Origin: Bigelowiella natans CCMP2755
Lineage: Eukaryota > Protista > Cercozoa
Direction: 5' to 3'
Assembly (NCBI GenBank): GCA_000320545.1
Contig: ADNK01000697.1
Coordinates: 1 to 64,000 of the forward strand
Length of the DNA stretch: 64,000 bases
The notes beneath the pieces are model-generated. The model did not search any database. It saw only the letters and a list, made by a program, of their open reading frames with translations, and had not been told where the DNA came from. Below are positions 52,923-62,834 of the stretch, in pieces (the first letter of the stretch is position 1; every line of letters starts with the position of its first letter). A program made the position numbers and the translations under genes.

Positions 52923-53612
52923 ACACACATACACACACATAGGATTCATAGTTCTGCTGCTTTACGGTGTGAATGGATGCTCATCCGGGCTTGTGTATCG
53001 TCTCATTGCTGCATGGACTTTCTCATTTTCCGTTAGATAATAAGAAAAATAAGACCCTTGAAACTGCGTTGCACCACCTTTATGAATGCATCAGGTTTAG
53101 GGGAAGAAAGCACGTAGTAATAGTATAAAAAGTTCTGACTAAATAGTTATAAACAGTATTTTTATCAATGTCATCACCACCGTCATTACGTCCTCAATCC
53201 CAATTTGTCGATCACCTGCGCCTTTGATGCATATCCCCTCTTTCTTATAAGAGGTCGGGTTTTGCTTGAACTGCGAACGCTCAATTAGCCCGAAGATAAT
53301 TGTATCTTCTAATCTAACCAGCTCTCGCCTGGATGATTAATAGATGCAAATAATAACAGCAAGTAGGGAGAGGGGGGGTTTTGCATGAGTAATAATCCTA
53401 AAAATATTTTTATGTAGGATTGTAGCACTCCTATTAAGTAGCACGTATAACTCAAATTATCAAGGTACGACGGAGTTTTGGGATGTAGCATCACTATTGA
53501 TTGACTAGCGGTTCTTCTTCTACTACTACTACCTCAATTTATCAAGGTTCAATGGAGCGAATTCGAATTTTGACTCCGGAGAAGAAGAAGAAGACTCGGT
53601 TGCCAGAGACAT
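50306..53612 (-). CDS. CM: Chorismate mutase, eukaryotic AroQ (yeast Aro7/plant CM) type, no targeting peptide
   Basis: LNLDKLR|RELVRLEDTIIFGLIERSQF; ENEKVHAAMRRYTSPDEHPF; NFNDKILDFY; HFGSSVTCDVALLQ|ALSKRINYGKFVAEIK; ITKPDVEEKILQRV; KLDPKAISDL|YEEIMELTKQVQMKYLLER-stop at 50306. Confidence 0.93.
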
Positions 53613-53729
53613 GGCCTCTTTGCCTCCGCTAGTATAATGCGTGAATACGTAGAATAGGTCAAATTTTATGCATAGAACTAACTATTGCACTCAAAAATGG
53701 AATGTAAATACTACAAATTTGGGAAGGAT

Positions 53730-56431
53730 GAGCGTCCTATACGATCGATGACTTTTTGAAAGATATCAATCGACGCTCTCTTCGGAAGATACTTTGTCGG
53801 GCAAGACGTTAAGATTAATATCTCACAATTAATGAAATATCATCTCGGATTCTACTCAAGGAGCGTTTAACTGTTTTTGGGGGGGGGGTTTACGTGTGAC
53901 TTGAGGTGGGGTTTGAGGTGACAGGGTATTTTAGCAGCGACATGAAAAACATGTTGTCGCGGAGAATAATTGGATCGATTCATGCATATTAAAGCACTTT
54001 TTACATTGTTCTCAGATGTTTCTCGATTATTTTTATGTCCAAATTCTCTTCGAATGCTTAGGAGGCAGATGGAAAAAAAATTATACTGAATATATCTGCC
54101 AAATGATTTCATGTTTGAAAGAACATAAACAATACTTTATACAATCCACTTCCAGCCACCACCCCTTGCTAACCGGAACCGGTTTCCTGTCCCCACTTAG
54201 GGAGGACAACCAATATTCGGGCAGGAAATCCTTGATTATGAATGTTATTATTATAAATTTCATTATAGTATTGGGGATCTATGTGGGACTAATCTTCGCC
54301 CCATCAACTCCTCTGCTACAAGGGTACATATAATGCTGGTACAATCTCTCAAAATGCTCGCTTTGTATGATAGCGTTTTCGGTGCTACAGGAGCACAATA
54401 TACATTCTCGGTATTTCTTCTATTCTCTCCGCTGCCCAAATCCTACATTTTTCGGTGAGATACACCAAAATCGCATGAAATGAGAGAAATATTCCAGAAC
54501 GTAATTGAACACTTTCTATAGCGGTTGATTCCGGGGAAGAACGCTCTTCGACTGGATGCGTGCGCTGTTATCAGAGCATTTGCCGCCATCGTCTTGGTAA
54601 AATTATTTACGTTGATGGAACAAACAGGTTGCAACAATTTCGCTTAATTATGCAGATCCTCTCGTTGGACGTTCCTGCGGCTCGCGTAAACTATCACAAG
54701 TGAGCAAGGAGGAGGGGGGTGAGGAGGAAAGGAGGACATGAACTATCGTTTGGGTGTCGTTGAATGGAATTTGTATCTGATTTTGGAAGCAGTAAGAGCC
54801 TGAATTTATCATTGTTGAACTGCTGATTCCTACCGATCGTTTAGGGCAATTCTAGCTGTGAAGACATTGAAGGAGAGCCTTCCAAATCGAACGGTAATAT
54901 GATGATCATGATGCTTCTAATAGAGATACTAGTACTCTTTTTGGTGTCATGTTTTCTGCGTACGAAGAATGATGTATTTGCAACCACCCATCTTTCTTCT
55001 GTTATCATGCGTAGTAGTAGTATCAAAAAAACGAATGGCATTTTAGCCAGCCGCACTACTTGCCTTCTGTTTTCATGTGTAGTATCGAAGAATACGATGC
55101 ATCTGTTGTATGTACGTAACTGATTTCATTCCGAATTGTTCGTCGTGTAGGCGGATGGTTTGTTCTCTCAGTTGGATCAAAATATGGACAAGTAATAGTG
55201 AAATCATTATCGACTTAAATATCACCACGTATTGCATCGATCGATGTACGAATTCTCTCTTCAGGTCACTAGACGAGGTCGAGATGACTAAGATGGTCTC
55301 CAATAAGTCTTTGCTGGCGGTTGACAAGGACGGCAACGGGCAGGTGGAAGAGAACAACAGTAGAAGGAGTGGTTATAGTGGTAGTTGTTGTATAATAGGA
55401 ACAGTAAGTGGGAGTAGAGGTTTTGGATGTCAGAACTACAGCATCTTTTACCCCGTAAATACACGAAATTGCTACTACAAATATAATAGTGAAGAACATA
55501 TTACATAGATGATATTCATTTGATACGGTAAATTGAATTAGATTGATCTCCAAGAGTTTCATAATTGGGCTAAATTGAATTAGATTGATATCCAAGAGTT
55601 TCATAATTGGGCTAGCCAGCTCGAATGCTCAAGCAAGAAAGGGGTAGTACAATTTGTCTATGTTTCATCACCAGGTTCACCCTTGTCCTCCTTATCATAT
55701 TAGGATCAGGAAAAGGGTACATTTTGCTCGAGGTTTTGCGATAATGTGTTCTCAGCTTCTATAGCTAGACAGCATGCGCTCAACCACATTCGAGACTTAT
55801 ATCCAATCGGGTATTAAACTTCTTTTCACAATGGTGAATGTATAAACTATCCCCACCTCTCCAGCTAATTTGTTGCATTGTACACCATGTGCTGCATGCA
55901 GGAGTGTCTTAAGCTCTTTATTTGACTTCGAACGAGGCATGGATCAGGTTATTAGCGTTTATCACACAAGCAACGGCATTTCATAACAATCAATTCTATC
56001 ATGAAATGCTTAGGAGGAAAAGATTAAAAATCTTTTCGCTAAGAAATCATGCAAGGTATTATTATGCGGCCAAATGGCTTTCTCTAAACCAAGAGCGCTC
56101 TCTATTGTATATTTCCTCCTCACTGCTAACACATGGTGGTTGTTCTTTCACTAATACTTCTCCTCTCCTGTATGATGATGCCAGAGAATCTTGCAGTCTG
56201 TCGATCGGACTAATTTCTTTGCAGATTTATTATGCTTCTCATGGTAAATATTCAAGAATTATGCTAACATCACCTGGAATATTGCGTTGCTTTATTTATA
56301 TAAGAAAGGGCTATTGAAGTGTTTTTTTTTTAAATTCTCGTAGGGCTGTGTTTGCTGTATCTGCGGTGGCTTATTGTCTCAAGATGCGGGCCCATAAAGA
56401 GCGCGGATTAAATGATAGCAAGCAGGAGTAA
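53730..56431 (+). CDS. Multi-exon EF-hand pair protein with C-terminal hydrophobic segment; 5' part unresolved
   Basis: FSQLDQNMD(R)|SLDEVEM...AVDKDGNGQ|IDIQEF (two EF-hand loops); ASIARQHALNHIRDLYPIG|SVLSSLFDFERGMDQ; last exon AVFAVSAVAYCLKMRAHKERGLNDSKQE-stop at 56431. Confidence 0.55.
55529..55613 (+). repeat. 42-bp tandem duplication spanning a 3' splice site
   Basis: taaattgaattagattgat(c/a)tccaagagtttcataattgggc at 55529 and 55571. Confidence 0.9.
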
Positions 56432-56499
56432 TTTCATTACGTTGCATTTATTCACTCCAACAGTGTGCAATAATAGACATAATAGTGTAGAATCGGAGA

Positions 56500-57310
56500 A
56501 CACTGTGTAGCATGGTGTCATCGTAGCTAGCTCACTAGCTCTCGTCTTAGCACAGACATCTAAAATTGCATTGCCAGGTATTCAAAGCACACATGATGCA
56601 TGTGTAAATGCGCAGCAGCTGCTGCGTACTTTTAATCGATCGTGCATGCGATGCATGCATCGAGCATCGAACCCGCCGTCCAGTGCAGTACTTCGTGCAA
56701 GTGTAGCGGTACAAACATGTAGGTGTATAGGTGCAGAGATAGTTTGCACAGCTCTTGCAAGAGCTACTACATGCATTAGGATGACAATTGAAAATGTTGC
56801 AATTGATGTGCAAAATCTGTCTCGTGGGCCATGCAGCATGCTAGCATGAAACACATAGCAATGTGGCCATTGTGTTACTCTCCATGGCCTGTCGTCTTAT
56901 TAATAAGTGCATTCACACCGCGTAGTGTGGTTGATAAATGTAGTCGTCTAGCAGTGCATATAGTGTCCCTATCATGTATATACATGGCATGCACGGGATG
57001 CTAACGTGGCACATCGATCGTAGCGCACATCGCCAGCTGCTCTACTAGAATATCATTTCAATGCGTTTATTTAGCACGCCCTTGTGTGATGAATGATTGA
57101 TGCATTGTCAGTACTAGCTAGCTAGAGCAGTATGTAGCGTGTAGGGTACATGAATATATCACATCATAAAGAATAGTAATCGATGCGTAGATGCATCGCA
57201 CGCACGTAACTTAGAAGCAAGAATCTGCTGTAAGTCAGATGCTACCAAAGCAATGCCAGGACAAACAACACAGAGTGGAGAATCGAGCTTCATGATGCAG
57301 CGTGTTTGCT
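56500..57310. repeat. Palindrome-rich intergenic island sharing a 21-mer with the 29.7 kb island
   Basis: agctcttgcaagagct palindrome (~56749), gcatgctagcatg (~56837), shared cattaggatgacaattgaaaa (56774-56794); lies between convergent 3' ends. Confidence 0.6.
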
Positions 57311-57374
57311 GCATATGTGTTAGAATTAGAAAATAAAATTAAGAACAACATCACGTACTTATACGTCGCACACA

Positions 57375-59430
57375 TCAAGTCCCACGCAGACGTAGAACCA
57401 AATGGAGCGTGGATTCTTTTTGGATCCTATAATCTTGAAGCGTTCTACCATCCTCGAGCTGCTTTCCAGCAAATATTAAACGTTGTTGATCTGGTGGAAT
57501 ACCTTCTTTGTATTGGATTTTATCTTTGACAACCTTGATTGTGTCGGAGGAATCAACACTGAGGGTGATGGTTTTTCCGGTTAATGTTTTCACAAAAATC
57601 TGCATCGATCCGCCAAGTATTTTCGATGCAAATTGCAATGTGCACCCATCGGTTATATTGTAATCTTGAAGGGTTTTCCCTCCTACCTCGCTACTAAGTT
57701 GCTTCCCTCCATAGCTTAAGAGTTGCATCTCAGGAAGCACGGAAGTAACCTTCCAGATCTTATACTTGAGACTTTCTATGGTTTCTTTCGTCCATACTTG
57801 AATGCTTGAGGTGCCTTCTGACTTCTGAATGAAGACTGTTATGCTCTTGCCTTCGCCCTCTCCTGTTGGTAATTGAGGTCTGCTAATTTTGAGGTTTGAA
57901 GAAAGAAGCCATGGGTGACCGAGACGGTCAGTGGTGGGAACCTCATTGTTTAGATCAACTTCCACGATTTTGTTTTGATTTTGGCCAATGTCGTAGTCGT
58001 AGATGTAACCCCAAGGATCGATCACCCTTCGATCCGGAGCGAGTAGCAGAATGTTGTTGCTATCAGGGGATACAGCAGCAGCAGCAGCAGCAGTCTTAGA
58101 GAGAAGCATCGCAACTTCATCATATAACTCTTGGCCACGTACGTTGGCACGTACGACAACAGTACCCAAAATCTTCTTGTCATTCATGATACGAATGGAA
58201 ATCGGACCAGTAGAAATAACATGCAGAGTAGTTCCTGTCTCGAAGCATTCGTTGGCAAGGAAGCTTGAGTTGCGATACGGTTCATGAGGGATAGCATTCT
58301 CCCATCGTCCATACACGTGTGCAAGGTGGCCTCCGATCTCCCCCTTCTCTTCTTGCTTTGGTTTAGTTTCAGTCTTCTCCAAAGTCTTCTTCACAGCCGT
58401 CCAGATACGATTGGTACGCAGCCTGCTTTTACAAGCGTCATAGATCTCTGTCTTTGTGATCAGTTTGAGGTCCTCTAGTTGAGGCACCTCATTTTCTAAG
58501 AAATCCTTCTGAAACCACGCAGCGTCTTGGGTGTTGAGGCTTGATAAAAAGCTTTTGTAGCTATATTTACCGACTCCAGGCTTGATCTTCATCTGTAAAG
58601 AAAGCAGGCAGGTGGTGACGTGAGAAGAATAAAATAATGGTTAAGAGCATATCTGCTCGTCATTAGAAAGACGAAGAAAGAAGATCGGAAGCAGTGAGTA
58701 GCGATCACGTTTGAATGTGGATTTTATTTCTCCGAAAGACTAATTATTGGCACCCCTGTAAATACTAATTAGTGGTCATATTTCCAATATATATGCCCTC
58801 CTCCCCCCCCCTCATGTTGATTCTCAATCACCTACCAAGGATAAGGGAGGCGAAGCTAAAGATGTTTGCCTGGTAGCTTCTGAATGGACAATGATCTGCA
58901 TTTCTTTCACCGCCGTAGTGCGTTGATCGCCTTCTTTTATTCCGAATACCTTTTCCGCAACGAAGTTTTTGATAGTTGCAATGGTATCGGCCTCAGAAAA
59001 TGCTGCCCTGAGCGCTTTTGCTTTTGATCCTTTACGCGTCCCCATGACGCGCAGCCGGTAATTCTTGCCTACGCGCAAACCATAAACGAACAGCGAGTCT
59101 TCGGCCTCCACCCCGACCTAGAATAACAAAACGATGGTATATATAGTTAGTTACTTACTAGTGTTCAGAAGAGCTCTACTACTTACTACTGCTGCTGGTC
59201 TCTGTTCTTTTCCTACTCCACACACTGCTATTACTATCACTATCACTACTGCTACTACTACTGCTACTATTACTTGTTCAAGTGTTTGCAGAGGATTCTC
59301 TGTGATTTTAGGACCGCTACGTTTACCCTTGACGATCACCAAATCTCGTGGCATGTGTCCCTTCAACTCCTACCCAATACCAAACACCATAGAATACAGC
59401 AGGTCAAAGACAATATAATAGTTTGGAATA

Positions 59431-59505
<75 letters not shown>

Positions 59506-60912
59506 AGTGAGCTTCAACTCGATATTTTTTGTAATATATGTTGCATGATTATTAGAGTACTCAGCCCGTCATCGCATCGAAGGCGGACAGACTCTATAAC
59601 GTAACATATCTATCCAGTCATGGATGATAGATATTGCCAGCATATTTATCATAAAATCTATATGCGTGATACTGGGAATATCCCAAGCAACATAGTCATT
59701 AAAACTTTTTTTGAACTGACAGTCTTGTTCTTATTCTTGTTCTTCTTCTTCTTCGCTACAACATGTCCTTCAATCTCTCATCCTGTCTAATCTTCATCGA
59801 GTAGGGGAGGTAGCAGTAGTAGTGTTGCTTACCTCAAATCCTCTTTTGCATTCAAATTGCAATTCTCTTACTCTTGAAGATCTCTCTAGGCGAATGGCTT
59901 TGCAATTCCACGAGCTGGTAGAGACGTAAAAAAACGGTACAGAGAAGAACGCGTTGAATTTCACTACCTTTGCCCCTGTTCTTGGAAGATACATAGATAT
60001 GGGGCTATTGGAATTGATTGCCTGCCCCTTTTCAGACTTAAGCTCAACGCATTCCTTTGGTATCCTGTACTTAAGTTCCAATCGTTCGACGACCTCAGAG
60101 AGGGCCCATCCAGGCTCCATCTGGAAAAGAGGCAGCGTCCTTTTCGGTGTGTTGACGACAACAGTTATGTTTTCGTCTTTTGGGATCCAAAGAATCTCAT
60201 CCCCCTTAGGCAAGTCTTTCATCTCAAGCTCCGCATCCATCATACGGCAAGTGCCATTAGAGTGTTTATATAGAAGGATGTAATCCTTACGATTCTTATT
60301 CACCTTGCTTTGGACTTTATTAATAACTTCCTTGACCTTCTTGCCATAACCATACGCAAAAATGCGTTTCCCTGTCTTAGTATCATACGCTTCATCCCAG
60401 GTGCATCTAATTCCGTTCTCAAATTTTGCATCATCCTGAACTGCTTCAAACTTACGATCTAGGCATACAAGATTAGCTGGTCGCAGCCTATCAAGCTCGG
60501 TTTCCTCGTCCGCCTCATCAAACTTGCGAAGGTTTTCAGGCCTGATTTTTACTAATCTTCCGACTCCTTCTAATTTGCATGGATAGCGTCCATCTTCGGT
60601 GAGTTCGCCTTGGATTGTCTGTGGCGTGACGAAGGGAGCGATAGTATTAATGAAGACATCACGAAATTTCAATATTTGTGAGACGAATTAACGAACGAGG
60701 GGGGTGTGGTCATAGTATAATTCAATTGCCATGCCGTTTTTTAGAGTTCTAAATAGCCCTCTTTCTTTGTCATCTCTTACCGCTTTCTTCCCATTATAAT
60801 CCACTGCTTTTTTGAGTCCATGGACAACAACGATATCTGCTTTCTTCAAAGGCTGATATGTTCAAAAAGGAGTTACAGTACGAGCATACTCATTGTTAAA
60901 GTCGGTGGTATA

Positions 60913-60962
<50 letters not shown>

Positions 60963-61439
60963 AAAAGATGGTAAAGTAACCTCTTGGTCTTTAACCTCTT
61001 CATTTTCACCAGCTCTTGAAGGCATAATAAATACACGTTCATGTCCACTTGGAACCTATAGAAAGAAGGGGGAAAGACAGGTTTAGGTAACATCATCATC
61101 TGCGACTAGACGTGGCATTTTAACCGGCTCACGTGCGGTGAGAAGGTCTCTGAGATCATCGGCCTGTGTGGTTTCACCAGCGTATCTAGTACGCCTCGAT
61201 TGCCTCACAGAAGGAGTGCGGCTACCACTCCGACTAGTGCTTCGACTAGATGCACGGCTCATGCGAGGGGTCCTCTTCTTGCGAACTGTGAAGGAAGATT
61301 CTTTGGAGTTTTAGTTCAAGGAATGTTCTCTTCGACCAAAATAAAAGGTCTCACTAGCTAGCTCAATTATGCAATATATTAAGTCGCAGTATGAAAACCA
61401 CGTTGATTTTATTTCTTTTTCTCTAAAAGTCGACAGCAT
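57375..61439 (-). CDS. Multidomain ubiquitin-family protein: SH3/KOW-like beta domain, possible decayed UBLs, SAM-like domain, UBL, terminal ubiquitin ending LRLRGT
   Basis: [18 protein letters not shown]...[21 protein letters not shown]; [33 protein letters not shown] (SAM-like); UBL ITVFIQK...[18 protein letters not shown]; then S; then 76 aa with 66/76 identity to canonical ubiquitin by my count (57605-57378). Start uncertain. Confidence 0.8.
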
Positions 61440-61712
61440 ATTAGAATCAGCAAACGACTTCGAAAAGAAAGTGCATCCTCTGAGAATTTCCCGCAAATTA
61501 AATTACGGGAAATGAGCAGTGATTATGTCGTACGACATGAAAATTTGTTGTCGTAGGCGACGATTTCTATACGAGTAGAGAACACTCACAAGCTCCTCCC
61601 TCTAATCTTCGGTATGGGGAAAAGTTGTGCAGCTCAACTGTCTGAGGGCATAGTTCTGTCCTGAAATGCTCCCATCAAACTGACTATCATTGTTTTCTTT
61701 TAGAAAAAGGGA

Positions 61713-62651
61713 ATGGTTGAAGACTCTGGTCTAACGGCCGCCCTTCCCCCTCCGCCCCCTGCTACTCCTTCGCCGACATCGAACGAAGTATGAACACCGA
61801 AAAATACTGCTGACAGATACTCAATATAGTATTATAATAGTGTGCTCTTCGATTATTTAATTTACGAACACAATTGAATGCAGCCTATTAACCGTAAGTA
61901 ATCACCATTGCCTTCAGCGTCAATCCGAGTGGCTTATACATGTGGTGATCTTGTAAACCCTAAGTAAAAATGCTTCTTCGCACATCTTCATGTTTCAGGC
62001 AATAGAATCCAATAGTCTCGTAGAGCCGTCAACCTCCTCATCATCCAAGTACATAGCTGTACCATCATTATCATCGTCGTCGTCGTCGTCATCATCTTCA
62101 TTGTTGACACCCGGTCAGAGGCAGATTCTCAACACACTTCTCAAAGATGACCCAGCGTCCTCCCTTCTTCCACCCTCTTTCCCACACGGATTAATAACAA
62201 CAAAAAATCTAAGAAAGAACAAAGAACTGGACAGCATAATCGCATATAGGGTCGCCGCTTGATAGATTGTTGTTGCACGAGATTTTAGGAATGTTGTGTG
62301 ATAGTTTTAGAAATGATTCTGTAAAATCAATGCGGTAGTAGCGGCGAATCATGTCGCATGATGCCAGTGAACAAAAAACTTGACTTATCGACCGCCAATA
62401 GCTTAAAGCGAAACTTTTCCTTGTTCTCGAGACTTTACCAACTAGATATGCTGTAAATGCGATTCTCTAGTTTTTCTAATTTCGGACTATGGTTATGTGG
62501 CTATGTGTAATGTGTGTTAATTATTATATATACAAGAGGGGTGCTGGCGGGAGGCAGATTGAGTATTTGGTGAGATGGAAAAGACTATCCGACATTCATG
62601 CATCATGGGAACCTCACAGTCAGGTACTGAGGATCAACACACTCATATTTT

Positions 62652-62688
<37 letters not shown>

Positions 62689-62801
62689 CTGCTGGCTGAT
62701 GTGTGAACAATAAACGTTATATATAAGAGGAACTGCTAGGTAGTGTGGAATCTTTCGATTTGATTCCGAATTTAGGGCGATGAAGTCTCCCTGCTGGCGA
62801 C

Positions 62802-62834
<33 letters not shown>

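Noticed and set aside
11025-55613. Short direct repeats as a CRISPR array
   Set aside because: Two adjacent copies without spacers, in a eukaryotic gene context, with no cas genes.
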